A DNA stretch of 59,887 nt, filler included, from Platydemus manokwari (Eukaryota), in assembly GCA_037951405.1 (NCBI GenBank). It is 4 parts of 4 records of this genome, joined end to end, with 100 filler letters (N's around TTAATTAATTAA, not from the genome) between each part and the next. Parts side by side here need not be neighbours in the genome. Positions count along the whole stretch, not along the records: positions 17,202 to 29,559 come from JBBMOY010174453.1; positions 29,660 to 47,489 come from JBBMOY010766647.1; 2 more parts are not named here. One strand, 5' to 3'. This document shows positions 26,407-39,866 of the stretch, piece by piece; the first letter of the stretch is position 1, and each line of letters begins with the position of its first letter. The notes beneath the pieces were generated by a model that ran no database searches, was not told the DNA's origin, and saw only the letters and a program-made list of their open reading frames with translations. The position numbers were made by a program, and so were the translations under genes.

Positions 26407-26745
26407 ATGTGGAATAAACTATTAAATCTCTGCAGTCGTTTGCCATTCGTTAATAAAAGATGTTGTTTCAATTGTCTGATATGTTGTGGTCCATGTTGCT
26501 TCTGTTGTAAAAATCAGATTCTTTTTTCAGCAACTTTCGATGAAATTGTTCCTGGAAACACATTAATTGATAATTCGGAAGATGATTTTTATGTAATTTA
26601 CGAATCACCCAATGAGAAAAGTAATGATGATAGACAATTGGTTTTGAAAGTCAATCGTGCAATTGAAGCTGTTGAACAATCAGAAGACTCGTTTGATAGC
26701 GATGCCAGCGATGTTCCTCCGATTAATATTTCGAATTATGATTAA
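26407..26745 (+). CDS. Single-exon 112-aa ORF with N-terminal cysteine string and acidic tail
   Basis: AAAATG start context; 10 Cys in CSRLPFVNKRCCFNCLICCGPCCFCC, then a D/E/S-rich tail. Composition differs from the spurious I/F/L/N-rich ORFs elsewhere in the window. Confidence 0.55.
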   Translation: MWNKLLNLCSRLPFVNKRCCFNCLICCGPCCFCCKNQILFSATFDEIVPGNTLIDNSEDDFYVIYESPNEKSNDDRQLVLKVNRAIEAVEQSEDSFDSDASDVPPINISNYD

Positions 26746-29559
26746 ATGACGCTCAATCGGATGTATTGGTTTGTATCTGGTTTGTATGACTTATCATGGC
26801 ATCAACTAGAATTGTCAATTTGAATTCCCACTCATTATGCTCTTCTTTAATAATGAGACATGCAGTGTTGGATTTACAGCAACCTAATTTTAATGTTTTG
26901 ATTATTTCCAAGTAAAGTTATTAAATCATTTTGCGATTACATTTTAATTTACTTATTACTGGAAAAATTCTAAATTTAAAAATTATCTATCTAAGCATTC
27001 TTGAGAAGTGTTTATATATGGTGGCTATGTAAAATGTGGTGATCACCACCACCTCTAAATATATGAATATGCTGCACCAATGGATGATAAAAGATTTATG
27101 AAAAATAAAATAAGAAAATAAAACGATCATGGTTTTTCCAACTTTCTAGTCACAGTGACTCAAAATTACAGAATATTTTTGTACAATGCATTGAAATAAT
27201 TGTTATCATCTTTTTATCTTAAGTTATCATTACTGATCTTTATCGATTTATCAGAGTAAAGATCAAGTTAGTTAATTTGTGAGTGTCTTGTTTTTTCGAT
27301 TTGTAGAACGCTTTGTGAACAATTGAGAAATTATTTCTATGGATATAATTATTGTTAAGGCCATTATTAGCGTCTTTAATAATTGATTTCGTAGAGCTAG
27401 ATCGAATTTCAATAAATAAATATTTTGATGAAAAATTAATTAAGAACTATCAACACAGAGGTTTTTCATCTTGAAGCTAATCAGAAAATCAAATTCATCT
27501 TTAATAAATTATGCTATCTATTTTCTGAAAGGAGTCAGACTTGTTAAATATTCGATAACTATATTATAATACTAGAAATAGTACCACAATAAATTCCACT
27601 TATCTAACACTCTTACCTAACTAATTGCACTTTTACCCCTTTAAACTGATTTCTATGATAAGAATATTTTTAATCCTAATTATTCTCAATTGCAATTGAT
27701 AACAATGTCTTTCAAATTTAATCAAAATCTGTTAATTTATTACTATAGAGTGTGAAGCAAGAATACCATATAATCACAGTAGCCTCTATTTAAATGTGAT
27801 ATACAGGCTTACTTAAAATCATATTCAATTAACAAAAAACTCTAACCAAATCATCGCAACCATATAGTCATAATAAATTCATTGGTTTGAAAAACTCTAA
27901 ACGATCTTGGTATTGCATTAATCATAATGATTGCTGTATTACTGCATTTACGGCAATAAAATGCAAATGTCATCACTTAGCAATGGATTTTTTCAACTAT
28001 TAATCTGAAGTTTTTAACCTGATCTCTGAAATAATTTTCCTAATCCACATTTGAAATATTTATCGGGAAGTCACTCTGAAAACCAGGTTAGTGATGTTGA
28101 GGAGATCCCACCAACAAATTTCCAACAAATCCAACATCAGCAAATAACCCATAATTTCAATTTATACTATCAATAATCTCATCAATAAATTATCAATACA
28201 AATGATCACTAGACACAATTTACTCCATTAATTAATTCAACAATTTATCCTTCAATTCACAAAAAACCCTTAAACTGAATTCAATTTTTTCGTCCCTTCA
28301 TTTTTATAATTACTATATTTATTACCTTCTTTATTCAATTTCTATGTTTGTATTTTTTTAATTAAAGATATACTTTATATCTATTATTATGACTGCAATT
28401 TCAAAATTGAATTTAATAAATATAAAATAGAATAAGAATTGAATGAATAAATAAGTAATTGTCAATAAATAAGGAAAATTGATGATATATTGCGTATATA
28501 TCATAAATTAATTTATTATTTAGGGAATTTAAGGGTTTCACTTCAACAGGGATTTTCAGGTATTATTATTTTAGATATTTATATGTTGGTTATGGATTGG
28601 TTTTTGTAATTTCACGGTTGCGCTGTTGTTCTATAAGGGCTTCGATAGCGCGTATGAAGACAAAGCTATCGGAAAACTATGCTGAAATAGTCTAAAGATT
28701 AGAAAAGTAATTAGATTGATTGTTACAACAAGGAATTAATGGTTCCGTTGTAGCAACTGATTGGCACTATACGTATAAAATAATATGTTAATAGTTATAA
28801 TTATCGAAATTACAATTATTAAGAATGTGATGGTCTACTAATTATCGAAAATACGATGGTCAATTATAAAACTTTATTTGAGAAAAATGAAGAAAACAAC
28901 TAGCAATAAAACAAAAAGAAGATTTAATTAAACTATGCAACGCACTGTGCAAGTAGTTTGCTGGGGGATATCCTTAAACTGGATACAGGAAAAGCGACAA
29001 AGGGGAGTGACAACGAGTGTTAGTTATAAATTAATTAAATTAAAATTATTGAGATAATGCTTATGAACAAAGATAAAATAACCTACGATTGTGGTAGAAA
29101 TGATACTCGCAGAAAAATATCGAATTCGCAGATGATTCTTCTTCAGTAAATTTATCGTTGTGTGTTTTATTTTTTGTGTATTGTTCAAACTACTGTCTGC
29201 TCATATAGTCTTCGCTACTGGTGCCATTCTTGTGATGGCGCTATTTTTTATTATATGTTTAAAAATTATGATGTGTATATGTACGGCATAATGGTCGTTA
29301 CTATTTTTATTTTTCTATTGTTATCTGATCTGTTCATCTGACCTACTCCTTTTTTAGATCAGAATTTTTAATTTTATTCTTGTTTTAACCTGTTTCTTTT
29401 TTTCAATTTTTTCATAAATTGTACTTTTATTATTATTATTATTTTTTTCATGTTATTATTATTATCATATTTTATTTCTATATTATTGTTATATGAATTT
29501 TGCCATAATACATTTTATCTACAATCAATTTTTGCTTTTAGGACTCCAGTGCCGCAAGG

Positions 29560-29659
29560 NNNNNNNNNNNNNNNNNNNNNNNNNNNNNNNNNNNNNNNNN
29601 NNNTTAATTAATTAANNNNNNNNNNNNNNNNNNNNNNNNNNNNNNNNNNNNNNNNNNNN
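29560..29659. other. Assembly spacer N44-TTAATTAATTAA-N44
   Basis: Same artificial linker. Confidence 0.97.
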
Positions 29660-30896
29660 GCAAAACTCACGTGAAAATTGTTCACATTTCAAATTGAAAT
29701 TTAAGATAAAAATTGGAAAATATGAAATAAATTTCATATCCTAGGTTAGAAATATGAAATTTTAGAATTCTTGAATAAATGGGCGAAATTTAACTGAAAA
29801 ATGTTTGTATTTCAAATTCGAAATAAAACAAATTGGATAAAAATCAATAAATTTATATACTAAGCAAGATAACATGAAATTTTAGAACTCAGGGGAATAA
29901 TGGCAAAAGTCTACATGAAAACATTGGCAAAACTCACGTGAAATTTTTTCACATTTCAAATTGAAATTTAAGATAAAAATTGGAAAATATTAAATAAATT
30001 TCAAATCCTAGGCTAGAAATATGAAATTTTAGAATTTTTGAAAAAATGGGCAAAACTCACGTGAAAAATGTTCACATTTGAAATTGGAAAGAAAAAAAAT
30101 TGGATAAAAATCAATGAATTTCATATCCTCTGCTAGAAATATAAACTTTTAGAATTCATGAAAAGATGGGTAAAATTCACGTGAATAATGTTCACATTTC
30201 AAATTGAAATTTAAGATAAAAATTGGAAAATATTAAATAAATTTCATATCCTAGGTTAGAAATATGAAGTTTTAGAATTCTTCAATAAATGGGCAAAACT
30301 GAACTGAAAATATTTGTATTTCAAATTCGAAAGTAAAAAAATTGGATAAAAATCAATAAATTTATATACTTAGCAAGAAAACATGAAATTTTAAAATTCA
30401 TGAAATCATGGGCAAAACTCATGTGAAAATTGTTCACATTTCAAATTGAAATTTAAGATAAAAATTGGAAAATTTGAAATAAATTTCAAATCCTAGGCTA
30501 GAAATATGAAATTTTAGAATTCTTGAAAAAATTGGCCAAACTCAACTGAAAAATGTTCACATTTTAAATTCGAAAGAAAAAACGTGAAAAACCAATTAAT
30601 TTCATATCCTAGGCAAGAAAACATGAAATTTTAGAATTCATGAAAAAATGGGCAAAAGTCAGGTGAAAAATATCCACATTGCAAATTCAAATTTAAGATA
30701 ATAATTGGAAAATATGAAATAAATTTCATATCCTAGGCAATAACTTTTAGAATTCATGAAAAATTGTGCAAAACTCACTTGAAAAATGTTCACATTTGAA
30801 ATTCGAAAGAAAAAAAAGGAAAATATTAAATAAATTTCATATCCTAGGCTAGAAATATGAAATTTTAGAATTTTTGAGAAAATGGGCAAAACTCAA
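29660..30896. repeat. Tandem satellite, ~120-bp monomer with alternating A/B subtypes
   Basis: GGGCAAAACTCACGTGAAAA-like anchor recurs near 29660, 29782, 29901/29926, 30048, 30168, 30291, 30411, 30533, 30650, 30767 and 30884; the ATTTCATATCCTAGG...TGAAATTTTAGAATT core recurs in each unit. The array runs into the spacer. Confidence 0.95.
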
Positions 30897-32110
30897 TTCA
30901 AGTACTTTAAATTTAAGGTGCTCCAGCAGATTTCGCAAGTTGCCTGAAATTTCCAATTGAGAGAAATGGTGGTGACTCCGTTGTTTTTCTCGATTTTATG
31001 ATTAATTGTACATGTACTCTTCTGTATATGGATGGAAAAAACGAACGATGATACAACGATTACCTCTCTATTCAAAATTGGCACCCAGGGAGGCTTATAA
31101 CCAAGTTGACCGACGAAACATCATATAATTTATGCCAATTAAATATGTTCTATCTGAAAAACTCATTGGTGCAGACGTAAATAGAATTATTTTTTTACTG
31201 TTATCTTAATCAGCTAAAATAAACATCCTTATACAGTTATCATCAATGATAATTATCAGCTCCATATTATGCAAACCATTCTATCAGTAACATTATAAAT
31301 AAGCTTAAACTTATCCTTTTATCACTAACATTTTTCCATAATTCTTTTAAATAAAACAGAAAATTATGTTAATTTTAATATGACTTCGCAATGAAATTTA
31401 ATTGATTCAACATTTAATTTTGTAAAATTGATTACACGTATTCCAAAGCATTTGAATTTATTCCAAACAGTACATATATTGATTGTCTATGAATTTCTAA
31501 GTTGTTTTTTGAAATTATTTTTACATGATAATAACATTTAAAAAACTAATGTGGAATTAAATGAAGAGAAGACTGTGTTTCATAGTTAATTTTTAAGATT
31601 CCTCACTTCATATAAATGGAAATTTAACAGAAATAAAATTGATGTGGAAGACAATGAACACAAGATATAATGTCATTAAACTATAGAAAACAGTTCAATA
31701 ATAGATATTCGAGATAAATATCTCAATATCGTTTTTAATTAGTTCGAGTAGTTGATTTATAGACATTGCACACATTCATACAATTAGTATTCATTTTTGA
31801 GAATAACTTTAGAAATTGTATTAATGTTTATATGAAATAATTAAAGCAACATGAAACGGTGTGTAGACGGAAACTGCTGCTCAATGTTGAACTGGTACCA
31901 ACAAAATACATTTAAATAGAAATTAATTCACAAATAGCATCCCATCTTAGGATACATTGGTAGCTGATATAGAAAAGATTAAATTATATTATGTCGCATT
32001 GAAATGAATCAAAAATAAATCAAAGCAACCAAAATAAAATATCAGAATTTATTAAAAAAAATAATCAGCAAAACATCAATCAGGAAAATATAAAATATTA
32101 TTTAACAATA

Positions 32111-35100
32111 TCATCTAAATTTGTCTTCGTCTGATTCTATTCCATGCCCGTTGGCACGACCAGCTCTGATTTCGAGAATTTGTTTTTCAACGTATTTAAT
32201 TTTATCCTTTACATCGAGAAAATTAAAATGAGTTTGCCTGATAACGGATTCGAGGATCTTAAATTGTGAAACATAATCAATAAAGATAAATGTTATAAAT
32301 TTTATGCCATACTTTTACTCTTTCTTCAGGAGGTAACTTTTCCAGACCAACGGGAATAAGGGAAGGATGTAATCTTTGAAAGGGGCGACCGGAAGGTCTA
32401 TGAGTGCTATTGACAAAACTGAGATTATTATTATCTATTGCAGCTGATTGATTTATTGCCGGGTTATCAATATTAGGAACCATAATTGATCCTGCAGTTG
32501 TTTCACCATTGCTATCTTGATAGCCACCATCTGCGCTACTCGTACTCATGGAATTCCGATTTTTACGACGAGATTTAGGCCTCCTACCTTTGTGGCTATG
32601 TGAGGTCGGTGTACCCGTTGCTAATGGTATCATTGATGATGGTCGAATATCAATGGGTAATACAGTCGGTAATTGGAAAGCACTATCATCTTGTGATGTT
32701 TGTGAATCATCTTCGAATTGCATTGAATTATCATCAATGGTGTTCTGAAATAAATCAATTCTCACATAACTCTTTCATATGGCAAAAATCCAATGTACGC
32801 GATATGATATAATAGAATAATTTTTAAACCATAAATAACTTAAGAATGAGTGTGTTGCTTGAATAAAAGATGAAATAATGGGATAATTCATACCACAAAA
32901 CCTTAATATACCAACTTTTTTAAAATAAACAGGCAAAATTTAATTTATTGATTAAATATTTAGAACCAATGAAATCATAATCAAATAAAAAATTAATCCA
33001 TAAAGCATGACTTGAAATAGTGTTCCAAAAGACAAGTTTATCACCTTACCTGATCAGAAATAGTTCTCAACGACCTCGTCACCCGACGTCCGTGTGCAGA
33101 CCCACTATGTTGTGAAGAAGTGCTTTCAATTTCGATAATATCTGTTCGATTTTCTCTTTGCTTTGCATGTAGAGTTCCACCACTCGGTGGTTTTTTATCT
33201 GGTCGAAATAATGGTTTTCTACCTCGTTTATTTCCGGTTTTACCCGTGTTTGGTCTTACAACAGCTGGAGGCGATTTTTCTGAATCTTCATTGGGAGAAA
33301 TATAAAACAGGGATTGATCTTGTTCAGATCTGAATGGCAAAGTTGAAGCATCACTAAGAGAATCGTTTGAAAATGAAGGACTTCTGATTCCTAAAATCAT
33401 GTTAATAATATTTAAGTGACGTGCTTCGCTCACTTTCGGATTGAAAATAGTCATCTTTAATATCTTCACTTTCATCTTTCAACGTGATGTTTTCATTTTT
33501 CTGAATTATGGCGCAAGTATTGGGACAAAAATTAGAATCACTGGGTTGTTGATTGGAGGTTTCAACGGTTAACTCAAAACATGGGGATGAAATTTTTATT
33601 TCTTCTTTAAATTCCACTTCAAACATTTGTTGGGTTTTAATGGTCTCCTCGTGCTTTAAACGTTTAGGTGGCATGGACATCTAATTGATAAAAATAAAAT
33701 AATAAACAACCAGCCAAAAGGTAAATAATTCCATTCAATAACGTTTAAAGGTTAATAAAGTAATTTACAATTAATTAAGTTGACTGAATAGTTTAATAAT
33801 TACTTTCTATAATTCACACTCATACACTACCATCATTATATTTTGCGTAATCTTTTGCCTTGTTTATATAAACAAACGATAAAGCGCATAATTGAAGAAT
33901 TATTTATACATAATATAGAGTCATGCTTTATAGAGAAATAAATATAAAGAAATTATTTTTAAATAATATGTTTTTACATTATCATAATTAAATCAATCAA
34001 ATACCGTTTATTATTTTTTAAACGAATATATTCAAATTTTTTTATCAGTTTTCATTAAATAATTTCAAATAAATTCTCATTTGCAATTTTGAATATTGGT
34101 CTGATATAAACAATTTTTTTTAATTAATATTTTTACATTTGCATAATAAAAAGATAATTTATTTTAAACCCAAATAATATTTATATCAATGTTCCAGTAT
34201 TGTAATTGATGAATTAATACAACAAATAATAATCTTTCATAATAAATTCTCAGTTAATATAATTCAATCAATCATCGATGGTTGATATTTATTGATTTTA
34301 ATTCTTTTGTAAGATTAACAGTGATAATTTTGTGATTATTGATTATTGGAATCCGATCAATAAATAAAAATGATTTCATTGAATTTGATAAAATATAAAT
34401 GAAAATAATATTTATAAATTTGAGAAAATTTCCCATTATCAACGATGTAAATATTATATTTCCCATCTTTAGGGATTATCATCAAAAAACTATTAAACAA
34501 ATGTTATAATCATTAAATTTAAAATAATTATAAATATTTATCACAATTTACAAAGACAGATTGTAAGATAATCACCTTGTCACCGACTTTATACAAATTG
34601 AGAGAAGCAATGAATCTTGATTCAGGCAAAATTGGTAGCTTTTTTATTGAAGAATTTTCAATATCAGCGAAACAAACACTTTTTGATCGTCTTCGTTTGA
34701 GATTGGCTAAAAATGATCAACCAAATGTTCTGTATAAATTCAAATATAAAATTACTTGATTTGACAGATTTTATTTCTGAATGAACAACAGTCACAGGTT
34801 CTGGGTTTGGTTCAAGATTATTTTCATTAGTTTCCACTGATAATAATATATTCAATATATACACACATATAGATATATATATATATTGTTGATATCAATT
34901 AAATTAAATACATTAATTAATTAAAAATCAAATTGAAATAGAACTTATGATTGAGATTCTTGTCAAAACAATATCCCAATAAAGGCACATTTAACAATGA
35001 TTTTTCAAATATTATTAATAATTCAAATATAAATATGAATTATAATTAATATATTGTTGTTGTTAGAGGTCTAGGTTAGAATTAATTCGATCACAGATTA

Positions 35101-38100
35101 ATATTGGTATAATAATGAGGAATTAATCAGGATAGACATTAGAGACAAATTCAGAATTTAACTCAAAAATCATTCAACAGCCATTGATTTATGATAAATG
35201 TTTGAATATCAACATTAATTTTACACTGCACATTTTGACATATTGATTTATTGGAAAAATAAATGAAAAACAAAAGTATTGATAAATGATTGTGATTCAT
35301 TGAGCAGAGATATGAATGGGTTTATTAAATATGATTAAAATCAAATACAAATGAGTATTGAAATATGAATAAAAATGAAATAATCACTTGGTTCAATCAA
35401 GTTTTCCGATGGAATAATTGGATCCCGATTCTGACATTCCGAATGAGATGGTTCGATCGGTTCATTGACTGTCAGATCAGTAAATGATTCATTTGGATTA
35501 ATATTTATTATTTCTGATGTCTGTTCTGTATCAGAAATCGTCGGTTTCTGTCGACATGATGATGAACAAGTAGATTGATTATCCATTCCAGTGTCGGTAA
35601 TAATTCCAAGAATACGTTCAGGAGAAATAATTTCATCATGTCGACTATTCCAACCAATATAATGAACTTTATAAAATGTTGAACTATCGATTTCAGATTT
35701 CAAATCATTGTTGACACTGCTTGCCGAATCAGCATTTGATAATGTATCCAAACTCATTCTTTGATGTTTCGATGTGGTTTTCGAATCGATTGATTGGGAT
35801 TTTAAGGATTTATTTTCTGGGGAATGTTGTTGAATGATTTTAGCTTTATAAACCTTCTTGTCACCATAAGCAACAGATACAATAGTTCCCGGTGATAATC
35901 GATTAACAGAAGTTGTTACAATCGATTTACATTCACTATCTCCATCAACTGCTCGATCGAATACTGGTTTAGGACTACTGGAACATTGGCTAAGCTGTGA
36001 TGTGTCTTCAATGAGACTGTTTGTACCAATTTCATCACCACTAACACCAATATCTGTTGGCCTTTCACAGACTGATTGTGATGACACAGAATGTGCTTCG
36101 ATAGGTTTTCTGTTAAATTGTCTGACGTATTCCCTTCGTTCACGAGCTGAAAGAAGTGGTCTGGCTTTTTGATTAATATTTATCGGTTTGTCAGCGTGTT
36201 TCCTGTTTCTAGATTGTTCAAAAGTCCCAAGTTTCTTTTTCATGTCAACATACGGATAAATAAACCTAATAAATCATTAATTAACTGGTTAATATTTTTA
36301 TTAGTTTGTACCAAATTTTAGGAAAAAAATCTCACTTTTTATATAGAGTTTGCAATCTCTGATAATTATCACTGCTGCAATGGGGCAAATTCAACAAATA
36401 ATAAATGTGTGGCCATCGAACGCTAGTATTAACTTTCTGAAAGCCACCGAAATCTTTGACAAACTCATATAACTGATAGATGTCAACATCAGTTCCTTGA
36501 ATTTCTAAACCATGATTGATTGGACTACCTTTATCTTCCCAAAACCCATAAAATCTTGCTACCCATTCATCCTTGGCATTTTGATACTCTTGATCGGATG
36601 AATCTGATTTATCGTGATCAGGATTTCTTTCATCACATGATGATGAATCTAAGGAACTGAGACTATTAGTCAATGATGAATGCAATCGAGATTTAACAGA
36701 TTTCATATTTGTTCTATCGCTACTATCAAAAACTGGATATTCTGCACTGTAAAGTAATTTATCAGCATCCCAAAGATCAGGGAATATCTTTGCGTCGAGA
36801 AATAATAAGCATTTTTCCACATAAATATTCGACTCCGGATCTGATTCTTTATGCTTGATAAGCATATCCCTTTTAACAACCAAATCCAAATCCCTCTTAT
36901 ATGATACATACCTGTATGATATATTCCAGTGACTTATATTGATAATAAAAACAATCATTACCAAAAATTATCAACGAATGATTTCACAACACATTGTGTG
37001 CTTTTCACATCAGGATTGCTTTCGTCAATACATGATGACGGTGAGACAATAAGTCCCACAAATGGTTTACTTTTTCTATTTAATTTATCATTAGATAATG
37101 AAGCCAGTTTTCTAATAACTCTATTGACAATTACCAAACAACCAATATGATATTTTGTATTGGCATGTTTCTTAAATTTGGTCCTTAAATTATTAATAAT
37201 AATCAATCAAATTATTATCAGTTATATAATTAATTATAAACATATTTATAACATCAGGTTGGATATAAGGGAGAATACGATTGAAACTTAATGAAAAATC
37301 GCATTTTGATCATAAATTACAAAAAACAGGTTTCGACAAAACACCAGGTCAAATAATCTAGTTATAAATATCATAATGTATAGCAATCCATTAGATAAAT
37401 ATTCCCAATTATTAACTATAAACATATATCAATGTCAAATAAGAAAAATATTTCTTGTGTTGAAAGTGCAATGAAAAATCAAACAAAAATCCCAACAACA
37501 ACAATCAATGAACACTATTTGTTATTGATTTAAGGTCAATTATTAAATTAAAATCTACTAAATTGACACCAAATGTTCATGAATTTATGAAGTATTGGAA
37601 ATGAAATACTCCAGGACTGTCGAACCAAATGAATCCATATCAATTTGTCGATTTGAACTTTAAAAGGAAATTCTTGAATATTTTTAATTATAATTGCTTA
37701 TGGCAAATTATCATCGAAAAAGCTGCGATAATCATTGATATCACAAATATAAACTATAAATTATCGGTTATATTCAAACTATTTATTTGATTTTAAACAC
37801 ATTTAAATGAATTAAGATACTCCGAAAAATCAAATCCTCAAGTACTTGACACGTATTCCCGGATTAATTGAAAGAGAAACATCAACTGAAGCATTAGAAT
37901 ATTTACTTAGAAAATGTAATTTATTGTGATAAACATTATTTTCAGAAAAAACAAAACAATTATTCACAAATGAAATTTGAAAAGAAAATAATGAATTACT
38001 TAAATTATAAATGAAAATCTATTCATAAATTTAAAATTAAACTAAAACGATTAGAAAATTAAGAAAAATTACACTTTGTTGATGGGTGTTTTATTAACTT

Positions 38101-38850
38101 CATCTGATGTTTTCGCTGTCAGGCTACTACCAGCAGTTCCAACTGATGGGGACGATGTATGCGTTTGTTGTCTACGAGTCTTATTACTCGAGACTGTTGT
38201 TAAAGACTCTTCACTGCAAGACTTTTGATCATCATTATCGAATTCATCGTCTTCAGCACTACATACATAATATATAATATAAATAGATAATTTATGAGTA
38301 TAAATACTCGGATTTATCTTTTAATCGTTTGTCATAAATGACAGCTTTGGTAAAGTGCTCTGGATTAGTTAAAGGATGTTGATCTAAAGACTATTTAGAT
38401 GTAAACTTAAAAACGATGAATATATTGTCATTACTTCACTCTCTTTATAATGTCGGTCACCTTTCAATACTAATTGATTGCGACGTAACTTCCCAGTATC
38501 ACCATCATTAAAAACTTGTAAAAATCGTAATTTAATTTAAAATAAAATAATTACATACCGACGTGATAGATACTATTATCCATAATTTTTAAAATCACAC
38601 CGTTAAGAACATCATGATGTATTTTAACTTGAACTTTATTATTTGCAGAAATATTACCAATTATATCTTCGGCATTTACTTTGATTGTTTTTTTATTATT
38701 AACTAACTGAATCCGACATAAAATTATCTTATCAACACTATTAACTATAGCTTCACAAAAAGCACCGCGAAATTTAGCACTTACAGCTGTCCCCATAGGA
38801 ATACACAATTTATCAAGATTATCTTCTAAAACTAAGTCTCTAGCGCTCAT
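32111..38850 (-). CDS. ARID4: AT-rich interactive domain protein 4 (ARID4A/B, RBBP1-like), complete 13-exon gene, 1231 aa
   Basis: Exons 38850-38559, 38514-38435, 38390-38308, 38258-38073, 37183-36962, 36911-36336, 36265-35388, 34836-34756, 34706-34576, 33680-33434, 33390-33050, 32744-32313 and 32257-32111 sum to 3696 nt and stay in frame. Domains: Tudor (GTAVSAKFRGAFCEA...VFNDGD..KLRR..L.LKGDRHY..SESLDQHPLTNPEHF), RBB1NT/PWWP, ARID (FWEDKGSPIN...DIYQLYEFVKDFGGFQKV...W...LQTLYKKFIYPY), chromo-barrel (VHYIGWNSRHDE) and a C-terminal R2-like coil (PPEERVKILE...). A few acceptors could shift slightly. Confidence 0.95.
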
Positions 38851-39866
38851 AATTATTAAATAAATTAATCATAAAGAATTAATTTGTATTTTATATAACA
38901 ATAATTGCTTTTTAAAACAAATCCAGTATTCATTATACTTCTTTATTTAAATAAACTCATCTTTTATTTTTTTTAAATATTATAGAATTTTATTTATTAT
39001 TTTTATTTCAAAGTGTTAGCTTAAATAATAAAATATAAAATATATAAGCCTTTAAAAATTATGAACAAAGAAAATAATATCTATTTTAAGATTCTCAAAT
39101 TTGATTTTAATTATTGTTATGATTGACAAATTTTTAGAATTTTTTAAATCAGAATAAATATACAAATATAATAGTAATATAATCTAAAATAAATTATTTG
39201 GTATCATAGTTGATATTTCATTAAGTTACCCAGAGTGATAAATTTGTTCTTCTGTAAATTTTAAGATTATTATCGCCATATATGAAGAGATACATGTCAA
39301 GGTTTATTTTTAATATTTTTTAAAAAGCTTTTTGGAACTTATTTTAAGAGACTGGAATCAATTGAAAAATTGTATTACAAATAATGAAAGACTCTCACAA
39401 AGACACAAGTGAATACAGAGAGGAATATAAAAGTCGTTGATAATTCAAATTTTTTTATTAAGAATAACGTGAGCGATGTTAAATAGGCTCTCATCTTTGC
39501 TTGAGATTTGTTCTATCTCGGCTGTGATTGTTCATGAAAGCAGATTAATATCAGTTAATGATATGTATATCAAAAAGATTACGGGGATAAATATGTATAT
39601 TTTATCTTAATATTTTAAATATATTATTATTTGGCACTAAGAGAACGTGCTATCATTAGATGTGTTGATTTCTATTTCATAAGCTGCGTCATCTATACTT
39701 ATGTAAATTTACAGATATATGACAATTTACTGATACAATGATAGACTATTAGAACCCCTTTATAAATTATTAGTCCAGAAATAGTTTTTTAATTTTAATT
39801 TCATTAATTAGTGTTGATAGTTATCAATTCACAAATAGAATTGGTGCACATTTAGAATATGCAACG

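Noticed and set aside
29660-30896. Regularly spaced repeats as a possible CRISPR array
   Set aside because: Whole monomers repeat with no unique spacers, no cas genes are present, and the context is eukaryotic.
33391-33433. Apparent frameshift between ARID4 ORFs 33402-33680 and 33041-33475
   Set aside because: Resolved by a 43-bp GT-AG intron that restores the frame; not recoding or pseudogenisation.
32548-37150. Short ORFs overlapping ARID4 (32548, 32600, 33120, 34577, 35916, 36703, 36929)
   Set aside because: Antisense or alternate-frame shadows of real ARID4 exons.
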